Counted from the first letter of the stretch, positions 1 to 13,904 are shown. The stretch: DNA of 64,000 nucleotides from Octopus vulgaris (GCA_951406725.2 OX597818.1:79298001-79362000); one strand, 5' to 3'. Notes: generated by a model from the sequence alone, not told the origin. Program-made: numbers and translations.

Positions 1-248
1 ATGCGCCCTTTTAAAGCCTAGCCAGGTTCATGGGCCCGTTTTCCCGGTTTCCATGGCGTATGTGTTTCCCAACTGGACGGGACGCCAGTCCATTGCAGCG
101 TTACTCATCTTTGCCAGCTGAGTGGACTGGAGCAACGTGAAATGAAGTGTTTTGCTCAAGAACTCAACGCGTCGCCCGGTCGAGGAATCGAAACCACAAT
201 CTTACGACCATGGTGCTGACACCCTAACCACTAAACCACGCGCTTCCA
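1..248 (-). mobile_element. tRNA-derived SINE, family C (3' end cut by window edge)
   Basis: Reverse strand reads TGGAAGCGCGTGGTTTAGTGGTTAGGG (A box) ... GGTTTCGATTCC (B box), then body CACTTCATTTCACGTTGCTCCAGTCCACTCAGCTGG shared with copies at ~5621, ~13905, ~30274, ~42245. Confidence 0.8.
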
Positions 249-265
249 CACATACATACATATAA

Positions 266-310
<45 letters not shown>

Positions 311-314
<4 letters not shown>

Positions 315-762
315 TAAATGAAAGAATGGAATCGAACGAAGATGTTAACAAAATTCCTTTACTCTCGACATATGTTTCGAAGACAACATGTTTTCATTCC
401 AAAGGAATAAAGGGAACATTATGCAATCTTCTCATCAGGAAAGAAAGGGAGCCTCTCTCGACAACAAGACAAACAAAAATTTCGATGACTGCCTACATGG
501 TAAACAAAACGATAATGAGTGTTTTTTAAAAAAACGTTTTTATTAAAAAAACACTCATTATCGTTTTGTTTACCATGTAGGCAGTCATCGAAATTTTTGT
601 TTGTCTTGTTGTCAAGATAGGCTCCTTCTTTCCCGATGAGAAGATTGCATAATGCACCCTTTAATCCTTCGGAATGAAAACATGTTGTCTTCGAAACATA
701 TGTCGAAAGTAAAGGAATTTTGTTAACATCTTCGTTCGACTCCATTCTTTCATTATTCATAT
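311..762. repeat. ~450-bp near-perfect palindrome (inverted Penelope-type pseudo-LTR pair)
   Basis: 311-535 is the reverse complement of 536-762, centred on AAAACGTTTT (531-540); this is why ORFs 326..529(+) and 419..766(-) encode nearly the same peptide. Confidence 0.9.
356..448 (-). ncRNA. Type I minimal hammerhead ribozyme (PLE-type)
   Basis: Minus strand: CCTTTCTTTC-CTGATGA-GAAGA...TCTTC-GAAA-C-ATAT-GTC-GAGAGTAAAGG. Intact core, stem II GAAGA/TCTTC, palindromic loop III, GUC triplet, stem I pairing. The mirror copy at 624-715(+) has the core mutated to CCGATGA. Confidence 0.75.
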
Positions 763-901
763 ACATAAATTTCTACACATGAATCCGGAGTTTCTACCCT
801 TGGACAGGTCGCTCAACCGTGTTTCTGACGTGAATTTGCTACCCAGGTTTCGGTTAAACGAATTTTCCATGCTGACGATAAACATAGGATAATTCATTCA
901 C

Positions 902-1215
<314 letters not shown>

Positions 1216-2060
1216 GAATGGACTACTACATATATGTGTATGTGCCTGTATGTGATTGTTTATTTGCATTTATGTTTGCATATCGTATGCATGCGCAATA
1301 TGCATATACACCGCTATCCATATATATATATATATATTAACAGATGCGACGAAAGCATAAAAACTATTCTTCCTCTTCTTATCCTCCGGTTAGTAGTCCA
1401 CACTTGATATCAACATCTTTTGCTATTTTATTTCTATATTTGTTTATGGCAAGACATTGGTCTTCTGCAGCTACTAGCAGACCATCTGTTTCTGTTTTTA
1501 CTCCAGAGCTTTTGAGCGATTATTGGCTTTCATTCTGGCTTTGTTCCTTTGTATTGATCATTACAGTGTATTGGCTCTGTGGGATGGTTTTCGTCTCTGG
1601 TCTCTTATATATATATTGCTTTCAATATATTTTGGAACTTCATTTTGATATTTTTTATTAGTTTTTCTAACATTTTCGCTTCTCTTGCTCCCCTATATTT
1701 TTTTACTTCTTTTAGTCTAGTGTCTCCTTACATATAGAGAAAATATTACTTTTTTCATTTTTAATTTGTTACCATCATCGTCGTCGTCGTCGTCATCATC
1801 ATCATCATCATCATCAACAATTGACTAGTTCGAACACGTTTCAAGACATTCTTCAAAAGAACGTCTGCTTGGAATAATTTTTTCTTCTATCCATACAGGT
1901 TACTGGCGAAAAATGAATTTTATTTTTAAGCAATATTTATACATCTGTTTACATATATTAGAAAATGGTTACGAGAGATAGATGAAATACGCTTTCACAG
2001 AAGTATTTTGTAAAACCAAGAGAACTTAAGCAAAAAACGAATAATAATAATAATAATAAT

Positions 2061-2101
<41 letters not shown>

Positions 2102-2740
2102 GCAATAAAAAATCGAAAAGAAATATTGTAGAAGCAACACATGCGCTTTACAAAAGGACATTAAAATTATTATGGACATTGAAAGTAGTATGAAATATTT
2201 TAGTAACATTTTTTGGCGACAACATCAAGGAAAGTCATTGATATACATTATGCCAAATGAAAATGTAGGAAATATTAAATATACAGTTTATAGCAATGAA
2301 AACATGCTTGCTAATATTGTTATTGACAGACAGAATCTTTACAGGAAAAGAATTTTGTCAGAAATGGGAGCATGATAGCAATGTTTTATGAATGAGTGTT
2401 TTATGAATGTCTGTCTGAGAGAAAAAGTGAAGGGCATTCAGTGTTTCCTAAAAAGTATAATTAAAGGATCTTTCTGACATATGGGGCAATCTGACAGTCA
2501 CCAACTATTACTTGAAATGCAGCCGGGTCTGGCTGGTTTTCAAGACAAACAGTGAAACATGGACACAAATCAGACTGCTGTGCCAAATACCTGCCCTTGT
2601 GGTTATAACACAACACAAGCGCTATCTTACTTTATTCGTCACACTCAAAATATTGGCAGCGACATTGATACGTGGCCCGTTGTCATATTTGTAATACAAA
2701 ACATCTAGTAGGTAAGATTAGAGCTGAAACAAAAGTACAC

Positions 2741-2990
2741 ACAGTTCTATATTTAAGAGATGAGGAATTATGTACATTATTTACATTTGACGGATATTTA
2801 TCTTCATCTTGTTTATTGTTAACAAAACGTTTTGGTTGATATACCCTCCAGCCTTCATCAGGTGTCTTCGGGAAATTTCGAACCTGAGTTCGAAATCCTA
2901 AGGTATTATTTCATGTTGTTGTTATTATTATTATTATTCAGGTGGAATCAAACTTGGAATCTTGGCGTTAGTAGCTCGCCATATGCCCGT
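2741..2990 (-). mobile_element. tRNA-headed, hammerhead-containing PLE-related element (degenerate copy)
   Basis: Homologous to 35943-36296: terminal ACAGTTCTATATTTAAGAGATGAG, hammerhead at 2821-2866 (CTGATGA intact, GAAA mutated to AAAA), short (TTA)n, deleted tRNA-like head ending CCATATGCCCGT. Confidence 0.75.
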
Positions 2991-4144
2991 AGATAATTAT
3001 GGAGTGAATTTTAGGGTTTATAAATCTGATAATTTCCTATCCTTCCTTAATACAGGTTCCCATATTGATATTTATTTCTGTTGCGATTAGTTCTGTGACG
3101 ACCAGATTTATGTTATTCTGATTATTGTCTTATTATCAACTTTAATTTTTAGGCGGTACAATAGGTGGTTCATACTGAATTCTGAGTATAATGAAGGAAT
3201 TAAAACTTCCTTCATTAAACTCATTTTTAAAGTATCATAATCATAGTTTGCGCCTTCATTGTTTCCAGTCTTTAAGTTTGTTCACATTCCTTCCTCTTTA
3301 TATTTTTGAATGTATTACTCTTGTTTGATGCATTTCGGTCACCATTATACATTCTGTGGGATTCAGTCTTTTATGTCGTGTTTTACACACTCAATACTTG
3401 TGTTATTAGGTATTGTTCTATGGGCACTGTTTGTGTTTAACTGGTGTAGTTTTCCTTTTTAAGTGCTGATTCAATTTCTGACATTCTTTGTTTGTTTTGA
3501 GAATGAATCCCATTATATTGACTAGTTTGTTAGGGTTCATCGATATATCTTAATCTGGGTTATTTTTATTGTAGGTTTTACATGTATATGCTGTTGAGTT
3601 TTACATTTATATGCGTGTAGGAGAGAAATATATTCCACTGGTGTCCATTTCTGCGTTTTTGATTTTATTTGCGGGGCTTGAGGAATAACAGCCGGCCCTT
3701 TACTTTGATGGTCATCCTTTTCGGTCATCATTTCACGGTGTTAAAGGGTCTGCAGGTGTAATTTATGGTACTTTTTATGTAATAAGTTTAAAGTACACAT
3801 TTTCTGTTGGTTCTTCTTAAACTAAATAATTCTGATATTATTCAATTTATTTTACATTTTTGTGTATGATGGTTGGGGAAGGAAACGGTCTGTTGTTGAT
3901 TTCAATCGTAAAGTTGTGAGCGTGTTTACATGTGTTGTGCGAGTGCTGGAGGTGGTACACCATTCTATTTTGAAAATAAAAATAAATTTTAATGAGTATT
4001 ACTTACTAGGGTATAGTCTAACACTTTGCCAGTTATTTTTAGGTTTCATTTGTTATTTTTATTCCCGATATTTTTGGATAGATTTCGGAGTAATATTTTA
4101 TCGTTCTCACATGTTAAATATCCCCGTTGTTCTCTCTCTTCTAA

Positions 4145-4210
<66 letters not shown>

Positions 4211-4244
4211 GTGAGTGAGTGAGTGAGTGAATGAGTGAGCGAGA

Positions 4245-4932
4245 GAGCAGCGCATGCCATCAATGTGACATGGGGTACAATTATTTGAAGCCTAATATAC
4301 CCATCATGACTACTTACTCATCTGATAAGTCTGCACCAGGCACATGCATCACAATCATAAATGCGTGACATGATGATCTCATATCAAGATAAACAGCGCG
4401 TGACCTTGCAGGAGGGGCCTTGTTGGAATTTTCTTCAGGACGGGTAGCTCAATGAAAAGGTCCCTGAATAAGGATTGTTTAAGGATGTTGAACGAAACAC
4501 CCATGTTTCCAGAGGTGAATTATTCAAACCTCAAATAATTCCTCTCAACTATGGCTATGATGGTCTCCGCACTACTTCTGCTCGTGACCAGCAAAGCACA
4601 TGTAGTCAAGCACTAAGGGACATGCTCAACTGGTTAAAGTCAAGCAAATGACAAGCAAATCTGTGGTATTGAAGAGAATATTTGGTGTAGTCCATTTTTT
4701 ATGCTCTGATGCTTCCCCCACTACTTCTGCTCATGATCAGAGATGGACATATCGTCAGCCACTAAGGGACATGCTCAACTGGTTAAGGTCAAGCAATTTT
4801 GTGGTATGAAGCAGAAAATTGTTATTGTAGCCCATCTTTTATACCAAACCAAAACATGTGCATGCTATAACTTCCAATCTGTTAAGTTCAGAAACCATTA
4901 AAATCATTGTCTGGAACTGCATCAGGGCATTT
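4245..4932. repeat. Unclassified interspersed-type repeat with internal ~150-bp tandem duplication
   Basis: CACTACTTCTGCTC...CACTAAGGGACATGCTCAACTGGTTAA occurs at ~4570-4700 and again at ~4719-4840. Confidence 0.5.
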
Positions 4933-4934
4933 AA

Positions 4935-5150
4935 GGTGTTGAGCTGACAGAATTGTTAGCATGCCAGGCCAAATGATTACGGGCATTTTGTCTGTTCTTA
5001 CTTTCTGTATTCAAATTCCGCCGAGTTCGACTTTGCCTTTCATCCCTTCGGGGTCGATAAACTAAGTACCAGTAACGCATTTAGGTTGATGTAATCGACT
5101 GGCTCCTTCCCCCGAATTTCAAACCTTGTGCCTATAATAGAAATTATTAT
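4935..5150 (+). mobile_element. tRNA-derived SINE, family B monomer (standard tail + (ATT)n)
   Basis: GAGCTGACAGAA head, TTCAAATTCCGCCGAG, core GCCTTTCATCCCTTCGGGGTCGATAAACTAAGTACCAG, tail CCTTGTGCCTATAATAGAAA. Other monomers at ~10130-10330(+), 11640-11845(+), 17885-18060(+), 28670-28860(-), 63530-63740(-). Confidence 0.8.
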
Positions 5151-5218
5151 TATTATTGTTTTTGTTGTTGTTGTTGTTGTTGTTTTTGTTGAGATTAATA
5201 CTATTATCATCCTTGCAG

Positions 5219-5365
5219 TGATCCATGCAGCGCTTCTGTGTTCACGATGTGATTCCAGAGGAGACAGATACTATGGTGAATGCGAACAGTCACCTCCTAC
5301 TCCCTCGCCATGTCCTGAAAATAATGCTAATTTCTGTTCCATAGTCAGAGAAACAAACGATAATG
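5219..5365 (+). CDS. Ly6/uPAR three-finger (Quiver/Sleepless-like) GPI-anchored protein, internal coding exon (N-half of LU domain)
   Basis: Acceptor ccttgcAG|TG (phase 1), donor AATG|gtaag (phase 1). Encodes VIHAALLCSRCDSRGDRYYGECEQSPPTPSPCPENNANFCSIVRETNDN, 5 Cys with an LxCxxC start. Confidence 0.85.
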
Positions 5366-5620
5366 GTAAGAGTTTTTCTGCTTCTATCTGTGTATTTATT
5401 TTTAAACTGTATAGTCTTATCAAATCTTTATTAGCGATAATATAAAATAGATTTAAGCCTGATCTAAATACTGTTTTGTTGTTGAAGTCCCCAAAGATAT
5501 GATATGAAGAGTGATAACAATTAAACTAGTTGTCAATCATCATTCCAGTGGTGTACTTTGCACTTTTCCCCTGTGCACACATACCGTTCAAAATAAATTA
5601 AGAAATAACTAATCTTTAAT

Positions 5621-5860
5621 AGAAGGCGCGTGCCTTAGTAGTTAGGGTGTTGCGCAATCGATCGCAAGACTGTGGTTTCTATTCCCAGACTGGGTGGTGC
5701 ATTGTGTTTTTGAGCAGTGAAAGCACTCTTCATTTCGCGTTGATCCAGTTCACTCAGCAGTAAATCAATAACTCCCCGAGAGGTTAGATTCCTGTATAAG
5801 GGGAAATCAGCTATACGCCATGGAAACTGGGTATCCTATCCTTTGAGTTCTAGAACTCAA
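5621..5860 (+). mobile_element. SINE family C
   Basis: GAAGGCGCGTGCCTTAGTAGTTAGGG head; homologous to 1-248. Confidence 0.65.
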
Positions 5861-6689
5861 GACAGTAATGCTCAAGGATTGATGATGAGGATAGTGATGA
5901 ATCGCCAAATTCTTTAGAGATATCTTTACAGATTTATACAGTAGTATGCGCTGTTGGACTCTGTAGTATTTAATAGTATCGATTTTGGTATTAGTGAGAA
6001 GATATTTATTAACTATGTCATCTATCTATGTTAGCTATTTGTTAACTATCCCGACAGTGGATAAACATCAAAGTAACTGAATATATTAATAATCTCAGAG
6101 TACTATTAACTTCGTTTTACTGTTAAATGTACTTGCGCAAACCAGTGTGAATCACACGGCTCGATAATGTCGTATATGAGTACTTTAGTTATTTCTGATC
6201 GAATAAATGCTGTCAGGCGAAATAAATTTATGAGGTTTCGTAATTAAATGTTTAAATGTAGTGATAGATGAGAGAAAATACTGAGTGGGTTAGATAAACT
6301 TAAATGTCAGATAGCAACCTAGTAATATTTGTAAGTTCTGTTGGGGACTATCTTCTCAAAAACAGATTCCCAAAACAAGGTCTGAAAAACAGCCAGGATA
6401 TATATATGAAAACATAATTAGCCGTACGGGCGGTCTTGTAACATAATGTTTAGTTCACAGCATTTTTGATCGGAGCATTTCATTTCACTGAAGCTACCAA
6501 TATAAAATGTTTATAAATATCAGTCGAGAACTTTAGGTGAGGCAGAAGTGATACACGGAAAAAAACAATTTTCGGAACAATCCGTCACAAAGAACACTTT
6601 TTCTTTTCGAAATTTTGTGAATTTCTAAGTCAATAATAGTTTGTTTTGTTTGTTGCTTTATATTGTAAAAGATATAAAAGTAATAGTTT

Positions 6690-6806
6690 ATTTATTGCCC
6701 ACAAGGAGCTAAACATAGAGAGGACAAACAAAGGGATTAAGTCGATTACATCGACCCCAGTGCGTAACTGGTACTTATTTAATCGACCCCGAAAGGATGA
6801 AAGGCA
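6690..6806 (-). mobile_element. 5'-truncated SINE B with Tx1-like tail
   Basis: Reverse strand: TGCCTTTCATCCTTTCGGGGTCG...TTTGTCCTCTCTATGTTTAGCTCCTTGTGGGCAATAAA. Confidence 0.75.
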
Positions 6807-6876
6807 CACTATTACTGCTCTAAGTTTTAGAGTGTCTTCTTTTTCGGATATATGATACACTGACGATATATTTAAA

Positions 6877-7245
6877 AATTATTGTAAGCGGGAAAATGTT
6901 GTTTACAAGTGTAAGGTATATTCTGAATGTAGATATTACGTTTATATTGGTACTACGCAAAACTTTATTAAAAAACGTATTTCTAACCATATTTACACCT
7001 TCAATAATAAAAATAGGTCTGCTTCCACTAGCCTTAGCAAATTTATTTGGAATTTAAAAGATACCAAATAACGCTTTTCCATAGAGTGGGAAATTATAAG
7101 CAAGGCTACCGCTTATAAACCTGGAAAGTCTTTCTGCTTTCTTTGTTTAGAACCGTATTTGATTTGATTTTCTAGAAGATGTCTATTAAATAATAAGATG
7201 GAAATTGGATTTTCTTGTGCGCATGCATCAAAATGGACATTTAGG
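6877..7245 (+). pseudogene. Penelope-like GIY-YIG endonuclease fragment (decayed)
   Basis: Translates NYCKRENVVYKCKVYSECRYYVYIGTTQNFIKKRISNH...TSLSKFIWNLKD*..IEWEII..AYKPGKSFCFLCLE, then NKMEIGFSCAH. VVY..YIG, R..NH and CxLCL motifs are typical of PLE endonucleases; stop and frameshift present. Confidence 0.75.
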
Positions 7246-8259
7246 AACTATTATTAGGTTTATAGTAATCATTGATAATTGCTTATTATAAAGATATTTA
7301 CATTTAAATTTATATGTGTGTGTGTGTGTGTGTGTATGCATGTATATAATGTGTATGTGTGCATGTGTATGTATGTATATAGATAGTCTGTAGCTAAAAT
7401 CTTGCAATATGTGAGTTTTGTTTGTGCTTACTTGATACGTATAGACCGTGTATTTGAGCAAACATTGATTAACGTAGCAGTTTTGGATGGAGTTCAATGG
7501 AGTTTGATAAGATATATATTTTGTTAATCTGTAGTATTATTGATAGGCATATACTCGACGAATTGACATGTCTAGCTGCTCTCTCCTTAACAATTAATCT
7601 ACAAGGTTCTCACCTCTTCACTACTTTTACCATTCTTTTTCTTTCGACAATGTCTATATTTTAACTATCACAAAACCATCAATGAACTTTTGTGTATTAT
7701 ACTGGCACGAGTAAGAATGTGTTGAACGTGTATATTTTTGTATATACGTGGTAATGGCGGTTTCTACGGAACGCTTGCATTAAGAAAAAAACAAACACTT
7801 GTGTGTTTGTCGTAGGTTAGCCTACACGTTGTTAAATAACGTCCTTTTAAAATTCTCCCAGAGGATATACGTAATTCACTGGTTTCGTATATGGAATTGT
7901 ATTCGGGAAATTAATGAACTGTGTGTGGAAAAAGCTGTAGGTATGAATTTCTATGTATAAATTTGAATGTCTTTAAATAAAAACATCTGTAGGTAAGTTT
8001 TTATTCATTTTTTTTTATTTTAAAAGGTTTATTTAAATACCTATACGTTTCGGTGATAAATTAATATACTTGGTTTTCTCTGAACGCTTGCATAAACCGG
8101 TGAACTAGGATGCTCGCATCACTTAATGAACTTTAGTTCCTTGTCTGATTAAATGAAATATACACGTATATATATACATACATACATGCATACATACATA
8201 TGGATATGTATGTATATATATATATGCATATATGTATATAGGTATACATATAAATATAA

Positions 8260-8295
<36 letters not shown>

Positions 8296-8689
8296 ATATA
8301 TAAATATAAACAGAGAGAGAGAGAGAGAGCGAGAAAAATATTTATGTATGTATGCTGAGTGCCAGAGTTATTTCAGGACATAGTTGGTTATTCAATTAAA
8401 CAACACTAATGTAACAAAGACCAAATGTTAACTTTCGCATTAGATTAATCCATGAATCTACTTTTGAAGTCGATGACTGCTTCAGTTTAGGACTGGAACC
8501 GTTGATATTCCTGCACTACATGGTTCTTATTAATCTCAGACATCACCAGGGCAATGGTGACTTTCAGTAACGCTATAATATTGTGAGGATGTCGATTCCT
8601 CAACCCCCCTTTCCCCAACGCTCCATATATAATAGTCTATCGGATTTAAACTAGCGAGTTTTCAGGCTACAAGTTTAATGATACACGTC

Positions 8690-9610
8690 TATTGTTTTCG
8701 GTTACATGAATTTTTGCGAGAAAGTGTTGAGGCTTGTTTAGATACGCGTGGGCTTCCATTACATGCTGTATCCACCCAGAGCTTAACAACTGTCTCTAGC
8801 ACTTTAACGCCCTCAAGTAGCATTAATTCTAAGAGTCTTTGTAAATATGTGTAGTGGCATGACATGACCTCCACTACTTATCAGTCCTAAAACCGTCAAA
8901 GTTGCTGGGACATCAGAATGATCTGCATGTAACCAGTTGTCATCTGGCCTGTTAGACTTTTGGTTTAGTCAAAGTTCTGTGATGAGTAAGTACCAACAGC
9001 ATGCCATATTCGCGACGCTTTTAAGCTCGTTACGTAACTACTTGACATATTAAGCATTAGAGTATATGGGCATATACTTACATTAAATATGACCGTATAT
9101 GAAAAGAAAGGTATATTGGACATGAGAGCCTATTTGACCTCTCAATCTATTTCAATGTTAACCCATTTAAGGCAATAATTCAACTATGAATATTAAGTGC
9201 ATTGGGCTGAGTCACGCTAAAATATGGCAAACTAATTTCTTGCGTCTTTGCAGATATGAATAGGCCTTTCCTCTCTACATACGACTTGTATCAAGTGTCC
9301 TCAGCACCACAATCCTAAGACACCTCTCCTACATTGGAATGTTTTTGGCGATAGCCCTCACTGATTTTCTGGGATCACTATCGATAATGTTTTAAAGTTA
9401 CTGTATAAAATGCGGTGTCCTTTTGTGCCAGAATGTTTCAAATGATTTTTCTTCTCTTTGATACATTTGAAAAATTCTCACCTGTGGCTTCCAACTCCAT
9501 CCGAACATTGTGTACAAAAGATCTAGAAGCATTTAGAAAGCTGGAAATTTCTAAACCGCTGTGTTCCGCACAAATGGCCACAGCAGCATGTTTGCATGTT
9601 TTTTCATTTC
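8690..9610 (-). mobile_element. Decayed Tc1/mariner (maT/DD37D-like) transposase
   Basis: Minus strand pieces: HAAVAICAEHSGLEISSFLNASRSFVHNVRMELEA...IIDSDPRKSVRAIAK, and NRPDDNWLHADHSDVP..TVLGLISSGGHVMPLHIF..VLETVVKLWVDTACNG. Confidence 0.7.
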
Positions 9611-11129
9611 TTGTGTTCGCATTTTGTATACCATGGGGAATCTGGAAAAAATACTTTTATTTGATGAGAGAGAGAGTAATATATTAATAAAGTGCCCTCA
9701 AATACCACCTGTGCTCCGCTCGTGTTTTGGTGGTGGTGTTGTTTTGTGCGCGTTGTCTCCTTTTCCCTTTCATCTTTTGTTCGTCTTCTTTGCCTGGTTC
9801 TTTTTATTGCCTTCCTCTTTTTCTTTTTCTTATTTTAAAATTTTTTCTTCGTCTTTATCTTCTTTTTCTTCTTTGTCTTCTTCCATTCTTTCTTTTCTCC
9901 TTTTCCCATATTCCTCACCATGGTAACCAAACGGTAGCCCCGAGCGTCTTGCAACTCCCCTCACACCATTTCCCAGCCCATTTTACCCCCAGTGTAAATT
10001 TTGGCGCCAATCCGACCCCATCTACCGCCCCTTAAACCGTTCCCACCCCAAAATGAGACAAATAACCAACAAATCAAACAACTTTTTCGCATTTCAGCTT
10101 TATAGATATTGATGAGGAAGTGAGCTGGAAGAATCTTTAGCTGGCTGGACAAAATGCTTAGCAGTATTTCGTTCGTCATTACGTTCTGAGTTCAAATTCC
10201 GCCGAGGTTGACTTTGCCTTTCATCCTTTCTGGGCCGATAAAATAAGTAACAGTTGAGCACTGGGGTCTATGTCATTGACTTAACCCCTCTTCCAAATCC
10301 TTTAACTTTGTGCCAAAATTTGAAACCAATATTCTTTATTACATGGAAATAGCAACGAACGGCTTGTCATTCTTTTGTATCGATCTTTTGCTTAAAATTA
10401 AGTTATTTAGATTTTTAAAATATTCTTTTTTATTAATGTAGTTTTATTATTATAATATAATCTATGACATTATATAATTTATAGTGTTGTATAATTTATA
10501 GTAATGTATATTATTATTGATAGTGTTATATGATCTAATGCAGAATTAGTGAGGTCATATATGATTGGCTGCTCATGTGAATACATGCAATGCTTATCTG
10601 CAAGAATTGTTTTTTCAAAGATTCCACTTCTTATAGATGATGATCTGAATCTAACAATACAGAGTTGCGACAACTAAAGATCCTATCTGTTGCAGATCAA
10701 TTTAATTTTAGTGATTGAAGACAAAATCGATTAATCTTTGTGAGATAGAAATAGAGAAGAAAATTGCTATAATATTCTATAATTCAAGCGAAAATACAAT
10801 GAAACAATAAGCATTGAAATAACAAGCATCGAAAAAATGTCTGAAAATGAAACGTTAGAAAAACTACAATACACATTCAGATAATTAATGATGTTGTGGT
10901 AATTAATGAAATGATAAGTAATGAAACAATAAACAATGAAACAATCTACTGTTACTGATGAATTTATTCTAAACTGAGGTAATATTGTATTTTATTGCTT
11001 TTACACATAGAGAAAACAGACGTATGTGGATGTGAAATTTACTCGATAGATTCTTAGGGAAGCTTCTAAGATTTCGGTTCCATTTAAATCATTATTTTCG
11101 GGAATTAGCATGGCGGGACCTATAATTCC

Positions 11130-11630
11130 TCAACATATAACCACAATCCTGTACATTATTGAGGAAATATTTATCAATGCGTGAGAGCTTTCATTGTTTA
11201 CAATGGTTGGTGGAGTTAGGGTACTGTTTTTAGTCCGTTGTTCACATAGGTGAACTGGATTATTTGGAAGATAAGTGTCGTCGTAGCCAATACAGTGATG
11301 CCTGAATGGCAGAGGTATGATACTAGCCTGCTTCAAAGAAAAGAAGACGAGACAGTACACCTGTAGGTTAGAGGCTAGATTGTATCAATCCATTGGTGAT
11401 TGAATTCGAAGTAGTAGAGAGGTCCTTTTCTAGATGCTGTTCAAGCTGGAGGTTTGCGTAATACCAGAAGTGAGGGTAGTATGCCTTCGTCGTCCTCACT
11501 TGAGTTTGACAGAGTGTTAGCATCCGATAGTAGCTGAATAAGCTAGTCTTTCAGATGCCGTCCTAGCGCTGCTAAGGATATGCTTTTGCTAGGAGAAAGC
11601 CTTGATGATAGTGCTGTCCAATATTTGGAG
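11130..11630 (-). mobile_element. Highly decayed CR1/Jockey-like LINE 3' region (tentative)
   Basis: Fragmentary translation (KHILSSARTASERLA...VHLCEQRTKNS) loosely resembles a post-RT C-terminus; many stops. Confidence 0.3.
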
Positions 11631-12631
11631 AAACTAAGGCGGAGACCTGTCAAAATCGTTACCTCACCGAGCAAAATATTTAGTGGCATTTCTTCTGACT
11701 TTAGGTTCTAAGTTCAAATGCCACTGTGGTCAGCATTGCCTTTCATCCCTGAAGATTCGATAAAATAAGTACCAGCCAAGCACTGAGGTCGATGTAATTG
11801 ACTTACACCGAAATTGCTGGACTTGCACCAAAATTTGAACCCAGTAATTGGGGAAACTGTTAGGACTGTAGCTGTGAATCATTCCCGTTTATTGGGGATG
11901 TGGTGTGGTAGTCGCTTCCTGATATGAATAATGCTTCGTTTTCGAGTTTGGATCAGAACAAACAAGGTTGCCATGGATTTCACTTAAGGTTTCCATAGTT
12001 AGTATCGGTTATATAATATTCAATAATTAACCGAGTGTATAATGCATAATCATAATTAACTTGTCATAAATTCTTTAACAAATTTTCAAGGGAATTGAAT
12101 TTGAATTACATTTGTGTAAATATGCCCCATCCCACTTTATATAAATAGTTTCGTTGTTGTAGCACTAAGCGTATGACAACATACATAATAGGATCATGTT
12201 CTATAAAGCGATACATTGCAATAATATTCTTGTTGATATTTTCGTTATTTAGCCCCAGGTAAGCTGTTTGATCAAACCCATGATTAAACACACTCCGTCC
12301 ATACCATCTCACCATACCATCATACATTGCAGTAGAGTAAACCTATAACTAAGGATGTTTTCTTCCTATCTGGTTATTATTATTTATAGCAGATCGAGTT
12401 ACCACAAGAGGCTGCTTCATTGGCTGAAGAGGTCCCTTAGTAGGTTCCTGTATTGAAATCTAAATCTGTATATTTAACAGTTATTTATTACACGTAGCTA
12501 CACACAAACATATATACTTCGCTCGTGTAGGTATATGTATGCATGTGTATGTGTTGTGTGAATGTGAATACTCTCCATCAAGCACAGTGTGGAGTATATG
12601 TGTGTGTATGTATGCATATGTATATGATTAT

Positions 12632-12697
<66 letters not shown>

Positions 12698-12977
12698 ATG
12701 TAAAAATATTACGGATGATATATTATAAATAATAAAGATTATTTATGAATATATCAATGGCCAAACATGTTATCATAAAATATAAAGAAAAACGTTTATA
12801 ATTATGAACAAGTCACAATCATATCTAAGGGAGCAAAGAAAACTCCTTACATATTAAAAACACCAGCCAAAACCGCTATAAAGCCATTATATCACTCATA
12901 TTATTTCTCCTCACGACAAAAAACTGTCTTCGGGTGACATGGCATATAGAATCCACAACTTGAAAATAACTGGTTAA

Positions 12978-13040
12978 TTCCCCATTGCAATTTCGGCGTT
13001 CGGGACCACTTAAGGGACCCATTTCCCTCGTCAGAGGAAA
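12978..13040 (-). ncRNA. Degenerate PLE-type hammerhead ribozyme
   Basis: Minus strand: TTCCT-CTGACGA-GG...CC-GAAA-T-TGCA-AT-G-GGGAA. Palindromic loop III TGCA; cleavage base is G, so probably inactive. Confidence 0.55.
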
Positions 13041-13119
13041 TATTCCTATACATAGAAATCAAAATAAGATTTTACCTTAGGGCTAACATGAATCCCGTTT
13101 ATGTGTGTGTGCATGTTTT

Positions 13120-13183
<64 letters not shown>

Positions 13184-13800
13184 CAGGGAGAGAGAGAGAA
13201 ATGGAGAGAGAGAGAAAAAGAGAGAGAGAGTGAAAGAGAGAGCGTAAACTGTGATCTTAATAACAACTTTCCTGTGTGCCAAGCGGTGACACCTAATTCA
13301 ATATTAGTAAGATGATTTACGCTTTCTCTCGTCATTATTGATATTTATTGTTCTAGACCAATTCGAGGTATTGACTTACAATGTACCAGTCGTAAAGTAT
13401 TAGAGATCGATACTACTATCCCAGTTTAGGTATAATAATATCCTTTGTTCTTTAAACTTTACCATCATAGAAACAATATTTCATAAGCAAGGACATTTTC
13501 CGGACATTTAGAAATTAAAATAAACCTTGCCTACATTGCCGATATTTATGTCTTATACAAAACCCATTACTAAATGTTTTAAATCTTTTTGCAAACACAT
13601 TATTGCCATCAATGCATTAAGTTTATGTCGTGTGCAGGTATACATAAATATTGTTAACCACGTATACACAAACACACACACACACACACACATACACACA
13701 CAATACCTCTCTGTCTGTCTGTCTCTCTCTCTCCATCTTCGTACATACATATATGTATATGAATATATATACATATATATAAACATAAATACATATATAT

Positions 13801-13867
<67 letters not shown>

Positions 13868-13904
13868 CATATATACATATATACATATATATGTACATGT
13901 GTGT

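Noticed and set aside
326-766. Apparent duplicated gene pair MESNEDVNKIPLL...
   Set aside because: Artefact of the DNA palindrome; no protein motif
2560-2716. Strong donor AG|gtaaga at ~2712 as the Ly6 first exon
   Set aside because: Upstream reading frames close with stops before the donor; no signal peptide
4895-4930. IKIIVWNC resembling an APE endonuclease start
   Set aside because: Too short, no ATG, no downstream endonuclease motifs
5128-5218. Hydrophobic 'signal peptide' at the start of ORF 5128..5445
   Set aside because: Starts at GTG within a SINE tail and is (ATT)n/(GTT)n microsatellite; intronic, upstream of the acceptor
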